A DNA stretch of 64,000 nucleotides, from contig NZ_JAUMTZ010000004.1 in NCBI RefSeq assembly GCF_030530945.1, positions 10,693 through 74,692 of the forward strand. The letters run 5' to 3'. The number at the start of each line of letters is the position of its first letter. The stretch's first letter is position 1. The position numbers and the translations under genes are program-made. The DNA comes from Kocuria sp. GTDB lineage: Bacteria; Actinomycetota; Actinomycetes; Actinomycetales; Micrococcaceae. This document shows positions 1 through 9,582 of this stretch, in pieces. A model generated the notes under the pieces. It was not told the origin of the DNA. It did not search any database and saw nothing but the letters and a program-made list of their open reading frames with translations.

Positions 1-830
1 GGGTCTGCGCCATGAAGTCCTCCAGGGACGGCCCGTGGCCGTACACCGGCGCGTTGTCGAAGTACGGGCGGAACTGCCGCACGGCGTCCTGCGAGTTCTT
101 CGCCATGAACACCTGCCCGCCCAGGCCCACGATCGCCTGGTCCGCCGAGCCGTGGCCGTAGTACTCGTAGCGCTGCCGGTAGAACGCCACCATGCGCTCG
201 GTGTGCTCCTTGTTCCAGAAGATGTTGTTGTGGAAGAACCCGTCACCGTAGTACGCCGCCTGCTCCGGGATCTCCGGGGAGCGGATGGAGCCGTGCCACA
301 CGAACGGGGGAACCTCGTCCAGCGGCCGCGGCGTGGACGTGAAGTCCTGCAGCGGGGTGCGGAAGCGGCCCGCGAAGTTCACGCCCTCCTCACGCCACAG
401 CCGGTGCAGCAGCTGGTAGTTCTCCACCGCGAGCGGGATGCCCTGGCGGATGTCCTTGCCGAACCACGGGTAGACCGGGCCGGTGTTGCCGCGCCCCAGC
501 GTGAGGTCCACGCGGCCGTCCGCGAGGTGCTGGGCGTAGGCGTAGTCCTCCGCGATGCGCACCGGGTCCGTGGTGGTGATCAGAGTGGTGGCCGTGGAGA
601 GCTGCAGGCGCTCGGTCTGGGCCGCGACGGCCGCCATGAGCACCGGCGGGTTGGCCGGGGCCACGAACGGGGGGTTGTGGTGCTGGCCGGTGGCGAAGAC
701 GTCCATGCCCAGTTCCTCGGCCTTGCGGGCCATGGCCACCGTGGCCTTGATGCGCTCGTTCTCGGTGGGGGCCCTGCCCGTGGTGGGGTCCACGGTGACG
801 TCCCCGATGGTGAAGATGCCCAGTTGCATG
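1..830 (-). CDS. LLM-class (luciferase-like) flavin-dependent oxidoreductase; the coding sequence continues beyond window position 1
   Basis: Absent from the ORF track because no stop lies in the window. Reverse complement of 781-830 reads MQLGIFTIGDVTVDPTTGRAPTENERIKATVA..., typical of FMN-dependent LLM monooxygenase/oxidoreductase N-termini. ATG is the complement of 828-830, with AGGAGG 5 nt upstream on the minus strand. Confidence 0.75.
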
Positions 831-877
831 GTATTTCCCTCCTCGTGCCGCCCAGCCGAGGGGCTCGGCGGCTTTGT

Positions 878-945
878 TTCAAATTTGAACTACCCGTGTA
901 ATGCTCGGCGCCCCCCAACTATTCCCGGGTGGATTGTTGAACAAT
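878..945. promoter_or_regulatory. Two AT-rich palindromes in the divergent LLM/pxpA promoter region; candidate GntR/FadR-type operator sites
   Basis: Seen directly: TTCAAATTTGAA, a perfect 12-bp palindrome at 878-889, and ATTGTTGAACAAT (TTGTT-n-AACAA) at 933-945, about 55-120 nt upstream of the pxpA ATG. GntR-family sites are typically GT-N-AC palindromes. A GntR gene closes the operon. Confidence 0.4.
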
Positions 946-997
946 TTGCGGTCGATCGGGCATGCTGGGGGCCACACCAGTGAGACGGAGGTCACTC

Positions 998-1756
998 ATG
1001 ACGGTCATGGATCTGAACAGCGACGTGGGTGAGTCCTTCGGCGCGTGGACCATGGGGGACGACGCCGCCATCCTCCGCTCCGTCTCGAGCGCGAACGTGG
1101 CCTGCGGCTTCCACGCCGGCGACCCGTCCGTGATGGCCCGCACCTGCCGGGACGCGGCGGCCGCCGGCATCACGGTGGGCGCGCACGTGGCCTACCGGGA
1201 CCTCGCGGGCTTCGGACGCCGGTTCCTGGACTGCACCCCCACCGAGCTCGCGGACGACGTCCTCTACCAGCTGGGCGCTCTGGACGCCGTGGCCCGCGCC
1301 GCGGGGAGCGCCGTGCGCTACGTGAAGCCGCACGGAGCGCTCTACAACACCATCGTCCACCACGAGGCGCACGCCCGGGCCGTGGTGGACGCCGTCGCAG
1401 CATTCGGCGGGGACCTCCCGCTGCTCCTGCTGCCCGGTTCGGCGGCGCTGCGCCTGGCCGGGCGCGCCGGGCTGCGCGGTGTGGCCGAGGCCTTCGCGGA
1501 CCGGGGGTACACGCCGCAGGGCACGCTCGTTCCCCGCAGCGAGCCGGGTGCCGTGCTCCACGACGCCGCGCTGGTCACCGAGCGCATGGTCCGCCTGGCC
1601 GAGGACGGCACCCTCACCGCCGTGGACGGCTCCACCGTGCGCATCCACGCCGAGAGCATCTGCGTGCACGGGGACACCCCCGGCTCCGCGGCCATGGCCG
1701 CCGAGGTCCGTGCCGGTCTCGAACGCGCCGGCATCACCGTGCGGCCCTTCGCATGA
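998..1756 (+). CDS. pxpA: 5-oxoprolinase subunit A / LamB-YcsF family lactam utilisation protein
   Basis: Protein [26 protein letters not shown]...ACGFHAGDP...[13 protein letters not shown] matches LamB/YcsF (PxpA). GGAGG sits 8 nt upstream of the ATG at 998. The stop overlaps the next start (ATGA). Confidence 0.85.
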   Translation: MTVMDLNSDVGESFGAWTMGDDAAILRSVSSANVACGFHAGDPSVMARTCRDAAAAGITVGAHVAYRDLAGFGRRFLDCTPTELADDVLYQLGALDAVARAAGSAVRYVKPHGALYNTIVHHEAHARAVVDAVAAFGGDLPLLLLPGSAALRLAGRAGLRGVAEAFADRGYTPQGTLVPRSEPGAVLHDAALVTERMVRLAEDGTLTAVDGSTVRIHAESICVHGDTPGSAAMAAEVRAGLERAGITVRPFA

Positions 1757-3738
1757 GCGCTCCAGGGCCCACGACCCCGGAACTGCACTGGGCCGGGACC
1801 GAGGCGTTCCTGCTGGACTGCGCCGACCTCGCGGAGGTGACGCGGTGGCACGCCCACCTCACGCGGCACCCGCTGCCCGGTCAGGTGGACGTGGTCGCCG
1901 CCGCCCGCACCGTGCTGGTGGTGTTCACCGGGGCGGGCGCCGCGCGGGAGGCCGCGGGCGCCGTCGCCACCGCCCGACCCGCAGCCTCCCGCGCGGCGTC
2001 CGGGAAAACCGTGGAGATCCCCGTGGTGTACGACGGCGCGGACCTCGCCGAGGTCGCCCGGCTCACCGGGCGCAGCGAGCAGGGGGTGGTGGAGACCCAC
2101 ACGGGTGCCGCGTGGACGGCCGCGTTCGGGGGCTTCGCACCGGGATTCGCGTACCTCACCGCCGCAGGGGACCCGTTGGACGTGCCCCGCCGGGACAGTC
2201 CCCGCACCGCCGTGCCCGCGGGATCCGTGGCGCTCGCGGGCACCTTCTCCGCCGTGTACCCGCGGAGCTCTCCCGGCGGCTGGCAGCTGATCGGGCGCAC
2301 GGACGCGGTCCTGTGGGACGAGCGCCGCGACCCGCCCGCTCTCATCCGCCCCGGGGACACCGTGCGCTACCGGGCCGTGCGGGAGCTGGTCGCCATGACG
2401 GAAGCGGGGAACACGCACGGGTCCGGTGCCGCTGGGGACGACGCCGCGGGGCACGTCACCGCGGCCGGCGCCGGCTCCGAGCGGCCGGACTGCCACCGAA
2501 CGCACCGCTCGCACCCCACCGACCCGCAGCCAGAGGCACCGGGTGACCCGGCAGCGGAGGGCGCGGCACGGTGCGGCCTGGTGGTCGAGGAGCCCGGGAT
2601 GCAGACGCTCGTCCAGGACCTCGGCCGCCCCGGCCTGGGAGACCTGGGGGTCTCGGCGTCCGGGGCCGCGGACCGGGTCTCCGCCGCGCAGGCGAACCGA
2701 CTGGTGGGCAATGCCGAGGGGGATGCCGTCCTGGAGGTGACCCTGGGCGGGCTGTCCGTCACGGCCCGCGGCCACCAGGTGCTCGCACTGAGCGGGGCAC
2801 CCGTCACCGCGACGATCCGCACCCCGGTGGGGGACGAGCGGCCGCCGCTGTCCTCCACCGCGGCGGAGGCCACCGGTTCCCCTCCGGACCTCTCAGGGGT
2901 CGAGCCGGGTCAGGTCACCCGTCCATCCACCCCGTCCGCGGAGGGGCGCACCCGCCCCGCTCCGTTCTGCGCTCCGTTCGCCCTCTACGACGGCGAGCGC
3001 CTCACCCTGGGCGCCCCCACCTCCGGGCTGCGCAGCTACGCCGCCGTGCGCGGCGGGGTGGACGTCCCCGCGGTGCTGGGCAGCCGCTCCACTGACGTGC
3101 TGTCCGGGGTCGGGCCCGCGCCCCTGGCCCGCGGGGACGAGGTGGCCGTGCGCCGGGTGGTGGGAGGGCGCGCCGTCGCCCGGCCCGAGCGCCCCGCCGT
3201 GGCGGCGCCCCGGGGAGAGACTCCGGTGCTCCTGCGGATCTCCCCCGGCCCCCGCGCCGACTGGTTCGCCCCCCACGCGCTGGAGACGCTCACGGACCGG
3301 ACGTGGACCGTGGGCAGCGCCTCCAACCGCGTGGGTGTGCGCTTCGAGACGCCCGGGGACGGGAAGGTCCTGGAACGCGCCCGCACGGGCGAGCTCGCGA
3401 GCGAGGGAGTGGTCGCCGGGTCCCTCCAGGTCCCCCACTCCGGCGTTCCGGTGCTGTTCCTCGCGGACCACCCCGTGACCGGGGGCTACCCGGTGGTCGC
3501 CGTGGTCCTGCCGGAGGACCTGCCGCTCGCCGCGCAGCTCACCCCCGGCTGCGCGGTGCGCTTCCGGCTCGCACCCCCCGGTCCCCGGTCCACTCCGGCC
3601 ACCGCCCCCACCGGGGCGCCCCCTCCTGCCACGACGCCGCCGGCCCCACCCCCTCGGCCCGCCGCCCCACCCACTCCCCCGCCCACGGCTGCGACCACGA
3701 CCACCCACACAGGAGACACACCATGCAGAAGGTCCTGA
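1753..3738 (+). CDS. Fused KipI-KipA (PxpB-PxpC; 'allophanate hydrolase subunit 1 and 2', AHS1-AHS2) protein with about 60-aa Pro/Thr-rich C-terminal tail
   Basis: Begins [26 protein letters not shown] (KipI/AHS1-like). A linker follows, then [20 protein letters not shown]... (KipA/AHS2-like, cyclophilin-type fold family). The first ~700 nt of track ORF 1045-3738 overlap pxpA and are an artifact. Start chosen at the ATG overlapping the pxpA stop. Confidence 0.8.
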   Translation: MSAPGPTTPELHWAGTEAFLLDCADLAEVTRWHAHLTRHPLPGQVDVVAAARTVLVVFTGAGAAREAAGAVATARPAASRAASGKTVEIPVVYDGADLAEVARLTGRSEQGVVETHTGAAWTAAFGGFAPGFAYLTAAGDPLDVPRRDSPRTAVPAGSVALAGTFSAVYPRSSPGGWQLIGRTDAVLWDERRDPPALIRPGDTVRYRAVRELVAMTEAGNTHGSGAAGDDAAGHVTAAGAGSERPDCHRTHRSHPTDPQPEAPGDPAAEGAARCGLVVEEPGMQTLVQDLGRPGLGDLGVSASGAADRVSAAQANRLVGNAEGDAVLEVTLGGLSVTARGHQVLALSGAPVTATIRTPVGDERPPLSSTAAEATGSPPDLSGVEPGQVTRPSTPSAEGRTRPAPFCAPFALYDGERLTLGAPTSGLRSYAAVRGGVDVPAVLGSRSTDVLSGVGPAPLARGDEVAVRRVVGGRAVARPERPAVAAPRGETPVLLRISPGPRADWFAPHALETLTDRTWTVGSASNRVGVRFETPGDGKVLERARTGELASEGVVAGSLQVPHSGVPVLFLADHPVTGGYPVVAVVLPEDLPLAAQLTPGCAVRFRLAPPGPRSTPATAPTGAPPPATTPPAPPPRPAAPPTPPPTAATTTTHTGDTPCRRS

Positions 3739-5465
3739 TCGCCAACCGTGGGGAGATCGCGGTGCGCGTGGTCCGGGCGTGCGCCGACGCCGGGCTGCGG
3801 TCCGTGGCCGTCTACTCCGCACCGGACGCCGACGCACCCCACGTCCACATGGCGGACGAGGCATATGCCCTGGAGGGCTCGGCCCCCGCGGACACCTACC
3901 TCAACGCCTCCGCCCTGCTGGCGGTGGCCGAGCGGTGCGGCGCGGACGCCGTGCACCCCGGCTACGGGTTCCTCTCCGAGAACGCGGACTTCGCCCGCGC
4001 CGTGGTGGCCGAGGGTCTCACGTGGATCGGCCCGGCCCCTGAAGTGATCGAAGCTCTCGGCAACAAGGTCACCGCCCGGGAGATCGCGGTGCGCGCCGGG
4101 GCCCCGCTCGTCCCGGGCACGGACGGACCCGTGGCCGACGCCGCAGAGGTCCGGGCCTTCGTGCGGAAGCACGGCCTGCCCGTGGCCATCAAGGCGGCCT
4201 TCGGCGGCGGGGGACGCGGCATGCGCATCGCCCGGGAGCCGGGCGAGGTGGAACCCGCGTTCGACGCCGCGGTGAGGGAGGCCACCGGGGCGTTCGGACG
4301 GGGCGAGTGCTTCGTGGAGCGCTTCCTGGACCGCCCGCGCCACGTGGAGGCCCAGGTGCTCGCGGACACCCACGGCACCGTGGTGGTGGTGGGCACACGG
4401 GACTGCTCGCTGCAGCGCAGGCACCAGAAGCTCGTGGAGGAGGCGCCCGCCCCGTTCCTCACGGACGAGCAGCGGCGGACCCTGCACGAGTCCGCGCGCG
4501 CCATCTGCCGCGAGGCCGGGTACACGGGTGCGGGCACCGTGGAGTACCTCGTGGCCCCGGACGGTCTCATCTCCTTCCTGGAGGTCAACACCCGGCTGCA
4601 GGTGGAGCACCCCGTGACCGAGCAGACCACCGGGGTGGACCTGGTGCGCGAGCAGTTCCGGGTGGCGCATGGGCTGCCCCTGAGCCTCACCGAGGACCCG
4701 GCCCCGCACGGGCACGCGTTCGAGTTCCGGCTCAACGCCGAGGACCCCGCCCTGGGCTTCCTGCCCACCCCCGGCACGGTGGAGGCCTTCGAGGCCCCCA
4801 CGGGAGCGGGAGTGCGGGTGGACGCGGGCGTGCGCTCCGGCTCCACCGTCCCCGCCGAGTACGACTCCCTGCTGGCCAAGCTGATCGTGTGGGGCGAGGA
4901 CCGGCAGCAGGCCCTCGTCCGCTCCCGGGCCGCCCTCCGGGAACTGCGGATCCGTGGACTGCCCACGGTGGCGCCGTTCCACCGGGCGGTGCTGGAGGAC
5001 CCCGCGTTCACCTCCCCGGACACGCTGGGCGTGCACACCACGTGGATCGAGGAGGAGTTCGCCGCGCGGCTGGAGGCCTCCCCCCACCTCGCCCCGGACG
5101 CGGTCGGGCGCACCTCGTTCACGGTGGAGCTCGACGGGCGCGCGGTCCGCGTGGGGCTGCCGGCAGAGCTGGCGGCCGCGCTGCTGCACGGGGGCGGTGC
5201 GGGAGGGGACGTTCACGCCGGTGGCGGCCCGGCGGCGTCGTCCCCCGGAGGCGACGCCGCCCTGGCCGCTCCCCTGGACGGCACCGTGGTCACGTGGCTC
5301 GCGGAGGACGGCGAGGAGGTCCGTGAGGGGCAGCCGGTGCTGGTGGTGGAGGCCATGAAGATGGAGACCCCGGTGCGCGCCCACCGCGGCGGCACCCTGA
5401 CCCGCGCGGACGTGGCGGAGGGCGACGCCGTGCGGCGGGGCCAGCGCCTCGGGGAGATCGCGTGA
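3723..5465 (+). CDS. Biotin carboxylase fused to biotin carboxyl carrier domain (acyl-CoA carboxylase alpha-subunit-like)
   Basis: [19 protein letters not shown]... ATP-grasp biotin carboxylase. C-terminus [12 protein letters not shown] is the biotinyl-lysine (AMKM) motif. AGGAGA lies 8 nt upstream of the ATG. It overlaps the KipIA gene end by 16 nt. No carboxyltransferase (AccD/PccB-type) gene is adjacent. Confidence 0.85.
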   Translation: MQKVLIANRGEIAVRVVRACADAGLRSVAVYSAPDADAPHVHMADEAYALEGSAPADTYLNASALLAVAERCGADAVHPGYGFLSENADFARAVVAEGLTWIGPAPEVIEALGNKVTAREIAVRAGAPLVPGTDGPVADAAEVRAFVRKHGLPVAIKAAFGGGGRGMRIAREPGEVEPAFDAAVREATGAFGRGECFVERFLDRPRHVEAQVLADTHGTVVVVGTRDCSLQRRHQKLVEEAPAPFLTDEQRRTLHESARAICREAGYTGAGTVEYLVAPDGLISFLEVNTRLQVEHPVTEQTTGVDLVREQFRVAHGLPLSLTEDPAPHGHAFEFRLNAEDPALGFLPTPGTVEAFEAPTGAGVRVDAGVRSGSTVPAEYDSLLAKLIVWGEDRQQALVRSRAALRELRIRGLPTVAPFHRAVLEDPAFTSPDTLGVHTTWIEEEFAARLEASPHLAPDAVGRTSFTVELDGRAVRVGLPAELAAALLHGGGAGGDVHAGGGPAASSPGGDAALAAPLDGTVVTWLAEDGEEVREGQPVLVVEAMKMETPVRAHRGGTLTRADVAEGDAVRRGQRLGEIA

Positions 5466-6166
5466 GCGCCGGGACCGAGGACGCCCAGGCGGGCGTGCAC
5501 GCGGCGGCCACCCTGCGGAGCATGATCTCGGACGGCGCCCTGCGCCCCGGGGAGAAGCTGTCCGAGGAGGCGGTGGCACGCCGGTTGGGCATCTCCCGGA
5601 ACACCCTGCGGGAGTCCTTCACCATGCTCGCCACGGAGAACCTGGTGGACCGCATCCCCCACCGCGGCGTGTTCGTGGTGAACCCCTCTGCCGGAGAGGT
5701 TCGCGACCTCTATGCCGCCCGCTGCATACTCGAGCCCGCCGCGGTGCTGTGGGGCGCGGTGGACGGGCCCCTCCTCACCCGGCAGCGCAACACCGTGGCC
5801 GCGGCGCTGGCCGCACGGGATGCGGGGGACGTGGCAGGCATGGCGGACGCGAACCAGCGCTTCCACCGCGATCTGGTGGCCGCTGCCGGCTCCCCCTCCC
5901 TGCTGGCGGACATGGACCGGCTGCTGGCGCGCATGCGGCTCGTTTTCCACACCATGGCGGCCGATCCCCGGTTCCACGCCCGCTACGCCGCTGACAACGC
6001 GGACGTGCTGGCCGCCCTGGCGGACGGGGACCGCGAACGGGCCGCGCAGCTCGTGCGGGCCTCCCTCACGGCCGCGCGGGACGAGCTGCTGCGGAACCTG
6101 GGCGAGCTGCCCGCGGCTCAGGACCAGAGCGCGGCGAGACCCGCGAGCGAGTGCCAGGCCAGGTAG
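5462..6166 (+). CDS. GntR family transcriptional regulator (FadR/FCD C-terminal domain type)
   Basis: N-terminal w[26 protein letters not shown] followed by an FCD-like helical domain. GTG start overlaps the BC-BCCP stop (GTGA). Confidence 0.8.
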   Translation: MSAGTEDAQAGVHAAATLRSMISDGALRPGEKLSEEAVARRLGISRNTLRESFTMLATENLVDRIPHRGVFVVNPSAGEVRDLYAARCILEPAAVLWGAVDGPLLTRQRNTVAAALAARDAGDVAGMADANQRFHRDLVAAAGSPSLLADMDRLLARMRLVFHTMAADPRFHARYAADNADVLAALADGDRERAAQLVRASLTAARDELLRNLGELPAAQDQSAARPASECQAR

Positions 6167-7329
6167 ACGGTGAGCAACCACGCGAGCACGCCCACCACCA
6201 GGAGCCACACCGGGTAGCGGTAGCCGTGCAGCAGGTCCCTCCGACGCCAGCCCACCCAGAGCAGGAGGGCGAAGCCGAACGGCAGGATCAGCCCGTTGAA
6301 GGCGCCCGCGAAGATCAGCAGGGTCTGCGGTGCCTTGCCCAGGAACAGGTATGCCACGCCGCACACCAGGATGAACCCCACGGTGAGCAAATTGCGGGTG
6401 CGGGGGCGGCTCCCCGAGGACGTCACGAACGAGATGGACGTGAACGCCGCGCCCACGACGGATGTGAGGGCGGCCGCCCACAGCACCACGCCGAAGATCC
6501 GCACGCCGATCTCACCGGCGGCCGCGCCGAACGCGTCCGCGGCCATGTGGTCCCCGGACAGCGCCACGCCGCCAGCGACCACGCCGAAGATCGCGAGGAA
6601 CAGCAGCACGCGCATGATCCCGGTGACCATGATCCCCAGCACGGAGGTGCGCGTGATGTGGCGGACGTTCTCAACCCCGGTCACACCGGAGTCGATCATC
6701 CGGTGCGCCCCCGAGTAGGTAATGTAGCCGCCCACGGTGCCGCCGATGAGCGTGGTGACCACCAGGAAGTCCACCTTCTCCGGCAGCACGGTGTTCCTGA
6801 GCGCCTCCCCCACGGGAGGTGCTGCCACCACGGCCACGTACAGCATGAGCAGGATCATCACCGCACCCAGGCCCACCACGATCCGGTCCAGGGCCAGCCC
6901 CGCGCGCCTGGACAGGAACACGAGGACCGCGATGCCCGCGGAGATGGCCCCACCGATCCGGGGGTCCAGCCCCAGCATGGCGTTCAGCCCCAGCCCGGTG
7001 CCCGCGACGTTGCCGATGTTGAACACCGCTCCGCCCAGGAACACGAGCGCGGCCAGTGCGTACCCGGCCCCGGGCAGCACGCGGTTGGCCAGTTCCTGCG
7101 CGCGCAGCCCGGAGACGCCGACGACCCGCCACACGTTCAGCTGCACGGCGACGTCCACCAGGATGGACAGCAGGATGGCGAACGCGAACGCCGCCCCCAG
7201 CTGCACCGTGAACACAGTGGTCTGGGTGATGAACCCGGGGCCGATCGCACTCGTGGCCATGAGGAACATGGCACCCAGCAGCGCGCGCCGGTGACCGGCG
7301 GCGGGCGGGTGCGTGCTCGACGTCGTCAC
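6118..7329 (-). CDS. NRAMP-family (YcsG-like) divalent-metal/solute transporter; start uncertain (GTG 7329, or ATG 7269/7260)
   Basis: Multi-TM protein with MATSAIGPGFITQTTVF..., the NRAMP TM1 signature region. B. subtilis ycsG (NRAMP family) sits in the ycsF-kipIA operon context. The track start at 7440 would overlap the upstream gene by 100 nt, so a later start was chosen. Its 3' end overlaps the GntR gene convergently by 49 nt. Confidence 0.65.
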   Translation of the reverse strand: MTTSSTHPPAAGHRRALLGAMFLMATSAIGPGFITQTTVFTVQLGAAFAFAILLSILVDVAVQLNVWRVVGVSGLRAQELANRVLPGAGYALAALVFLGGAVFNIGNVAGTGLGLNAMLGLDPRIGGAISAGIAVLVFLSRRAGLALDRIVVGLGAVMILLMLYVAVVAAPPVGEALRNTVLPEKVDFLVVTTLIGGTVGGYITYSGAHRMIDSGVTGVENVRHITRTSVLGIMVTGIMRVLLFLAIFGVVAGGVALSGDHMAADAFGAAAGEIGVRIFGVVLWAAALTSVVGAAFTSISFVTSSGSRPRTRNLLTVGFILVCGVAYLFLGKAPQTLLIFAGAFNGLILPFGFALLLWVGWRRRDLLHGYRYPVWLLVVGVLAWLLTVYLAWHSLAGLAALWS

Positions 7330-7336
7330 GAGCGGA

Positions 7337-7855
7337 TCAGTGCAGGATGGGCAGCTGGAACGGGTAGCGGTAGGCCTCACCGTGCCCGGCCTTGACGGCG
7401 GCAATGATGTGGACCACGAACAGGAGAACCCAGTACGCACCCATCAGGATGAAGCCGACGGGCAGCAGGATCACCGTGAACACGCAGATCCACCCCACCA
7501 CGTTGATGAGCCACAGGGTCACGTTGAAGTTGAACGCCCCCGCGGAGGCGGCGCGCAGGAACGGGCTCTTGTTCTTGTAGATGAACCAGACGATGAGCGG
7601 CCCCAGGAAGCCGAGCGAGCCCACGGAGACGAGAGCCGCGATGGGCCCGGCCAGGTGCGTCAGCACGGCCACGGTCTTCTCGTCGTCCCGCGGTCCGGAG
7701 GAGCCCATGCGGTTCCCGCCGGGAGCCCCGGGGCCCGGGCCGTAGCCGGGGCCACCGGGGTAGCCGCCCTGCGGCCCGCCGGGCTGTCCCTGGCCACCGG
7801 GGTGCCCCTGGTGGGCGCGGTAGTCGGGGCGCGGCTGCTGCGGTTCGTAGCTCAT
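7337..7855 (-). CDS. DUF4870-type small membrane protein with Gly/Pro-rich N-terminus
   Basis: MSYEPQQPRPDYRAHQGHPGGQGQPGG... then two TM segments (LIVWFIYKNKSPFLRAASAGAFNFNVTLWLINVVGWICVF...). ATG at 7855 has GGAG upstream. The track's longer N-terminus is an off-target extension. Confidence 0.6.
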   Translation of the reverse strand: MSYEPQQPRPDYRAHQGHPGGQGQPGGPQGGYPGGPGYGPGPGAPGGNRMGSSGPRDDEKTVAVLTHLAGPIAALVSVGSLGFLGPLIVWFIYKNKSPFLRAASAGAFNFNVTLWLINVVGWICVFTVILLPVGFILMGAYWVLLFVVHIIAAVKAGHGEAYRYPFQLPILH

Positions 7856-7913
7856 GTCATCTCCGTGGGGTCCGGGCCGCGCGGCGGCCCACCGGTCGTT
7901 TCCTGCATCCAGC

Positions 7914-9488
7914 CTAGGCTGACGCGCCGGCCGGCGCAGTGGGGTTCTCCGCAGTCTTGGAATGCGGCTTCCGTCCGGTGACCGCAGCCGAGTCGGCCGT
8001 GTGCTTGCCGACGCCCTCGGCACCGCGCAGGCCCACCCACTTGTCGTAGCCCCAGCCGCCGAGCAGCCCCACGGCGAGCGCCACCACGAGCATGACGGCC
8101 AGCCCGATGACACCCGTGGTCAGCCCGGCCTCCGGGATCGCGTCGAAGAACAGCGCGGAGCGCACGGAGGTGAAGATGTGGTGCAGCGGCTCGATGGGCG
8201 CGATGGCGCGGAAGAAGCCGGGCACGGCCTCGAGCGGCACCACGGCACCGGCGGAGGGCAGGCCCATGAAGACCAGGTAGATCAGGCACAGCAGCATGCC
8301 CACGCTGCCGCCCACGGCGAGCAGGGCCAGGACGATCGCGGAGACCGTGGACATGGCCAGCCAGCCGAGCAGGAACACCAGGAAGCCGTGCGGCACGGGC
8401 ATGCCCACAGCGGAGGCCACCCACATCATGAGCCCGGAGGCGGGTGCGGCGGCCACCACGAAGGTCAGCCACTTCATGAGGAAGCCCACGGGGCGGGGCA
8501 GCACGGCACGGGGGTGGTCACGGAACACGGGGCCCATCTCGAAGGGGGACATCCCCATGCGGCTGTCCATCAGCAGGTTGAGGGCCACGGAGCCGGAGAA
8601 GCCCACCACGAGCAGCAGGATGGAGTAGTAGAAGGGGCTCATGCCCAGGGCTGTGCCCGAGGGGAGGTCGTTGTACGCCTTGGACACCATTGAGACGGGG
8701 TCCTGGAGGGTCTCCTTGGCCACGGAGCTCACGGTGGGGGAGAGCTCCTGGGCGATCTGCTCGGCAGAGCCTTCCTGGGCCTTCTGCACCTGCTGGGCGA
8801 ACTGCTGGACCGCGGGCCCGCCCTGGGCGGCCTGGCGGGCCATCTGCTCGGACTGGGCCTGCTGGCTCTCCTGCAGCTGCTGCAGCACCTGGTCGTGGGC
8901 CTGCTGCTCGGCGGGCCCCACGGACTTGGTGAGCTGCTCGCCCAGCTTCTTGCTGGCCTCCTGCACACCGGGTTCGACGGCGCCGGTGGCCAGTCGCGTG
9001 CCCAGCGAGCCCGCCTGCGGGTCGGTGTAGACGGTCACCTCGGGGCGGGCCGCGTTGTCGCGGGTGAGGGAGCCCTCGATGAGGCTCACGGTGTCCTCCG
9101 AGAAGGACTCGGGCACCACCACGGCGGCGTAGAGCTCACCGCGGTCCAGCTGCTCGTTGGCCTCGTCCATGCTGAGCTGGCGAAGGTCGATCTTGTCGTT
9201 CTCAGCGGCCTTGTCCGCGAACTTCTGCACGAGGTCGGCGCCGAGGTTCTCCCGCGTCTTCTTGCCGTCCTGCTGGGGGACCTCCGCCCCCTTGTCCTGG
9301 TTGATCACGGCAATGGGGAACTCCTTGAAGTGCTTGTCCGGGCTGGACAGGCCTCCCAGGTACAGGGCGGTGCCCACGACCGCCACCGCGATGACGGCGA
9401 GGATGGGCAGCAGCCAGAACCCGAACTGGCCGAACGGCCGTCCGAGCCGGTCCCGGAGGGAAGGGGTGGGTGCGTGTTTGGGGGTCAC
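7914..9488 (-). CDS. YhgE/Pip domain-containing membrane protein (phage-infection-protein-like, ABC-2 related)
   Basis: N-terminal TM, a long coiled/Q-rich extracellular region (QQLQESQQAQSEQMARQAAQ...) and a C-terminal polytopic domain. GTG at 9488 has AGGAGA 9 nt upstream. Confidence 0.7.
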   Translation of the reverse strand: MTPKHAPTPSLRDRLGRPFGQFGFWLLPILAVIAVAVVGTALYLGGLSSPDKHFKEFPIAVINQDKGAEVPQQDGKKTRENLGADLVQKFADKAAENDKIDLRQLSMDEANEQLDRGELYAAVVVPESFSEDTVSLIEGSLTRDNAARPEVTVYTDPQAGSLGTRLATGAVEPGVQEASKKLGEQLTKSVGPAEQQAHDQVLQQLQESQQAQSEQMARQAAQGGPAVQQFAQQVQKAQEGSAEQIAQELSPTVSSVAKETLQDPVSMVSKAYNDLPSGTALGMSPFYYSILLLVVGFSGSVALNLLMDSRMGMSPFEMGPVFRDHPRAVLPRPVGFLMKWLTFVVAAAPASGLMMWVASAVGMPVPHGFLVFLLGWLAMSTVSAIVLALLAVGGSVGMLLCLIYLVFMGLPSAGAVVPLEAVPGFFRAIAPIEPLHHIFTSVRSALFFDAIPEAGLTTGVIGLAVMLVVALAVGLLGGWGYDKWVGLRGAEGVGKHTADSAAVTGRKPHSKTAENPTAPAGASA

Positions 9489-9540
9489 CGGTTTCTCCTG
9501 GTGCGAGGACGTACGAATGCTGGGGTGTCTCCCAAACACG

Positions 9541-9554
9541 ATACACTGGTGTAT
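9541..9554. promoter_or_regulatory. Candidate TetR operator ATACAC-TG-GTGTAT (6+2+6 palindrome) in the yhgE/tetR divergent promoter
   Basis: Seen directly in the sequence, 29 nt upstream of the tetR GTG and 53 nt upstream of the yhgE/pip GTG. Confidence 0.45.
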
Positions 9555-9582
9555 TGAAACTGGACGAGGAAGTGGTGGGCAC

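Noticed and set aside
1045-1752. 5' 700 nt of track ORF 1045-3738, upstream of the pxpBC-like gene
   Set aside because: - This part overlaps pxpA in another frame and translates to Arg-rich junk.
- The real start is the ATG at 1753 that overlaps the pxpA stop.
1342-6481. Long minus-strand ORFs (1342-2775, 3486-5579, 5213-6481 and others) antisense to the pxp/BC cluster
   Set aside because: - They encode Arg/Pro/Gly-rich low-complexity products typical of antisense frames in about 70% GC DNA.
- They have no RBS.
- The sense-strand genes have clear homology.
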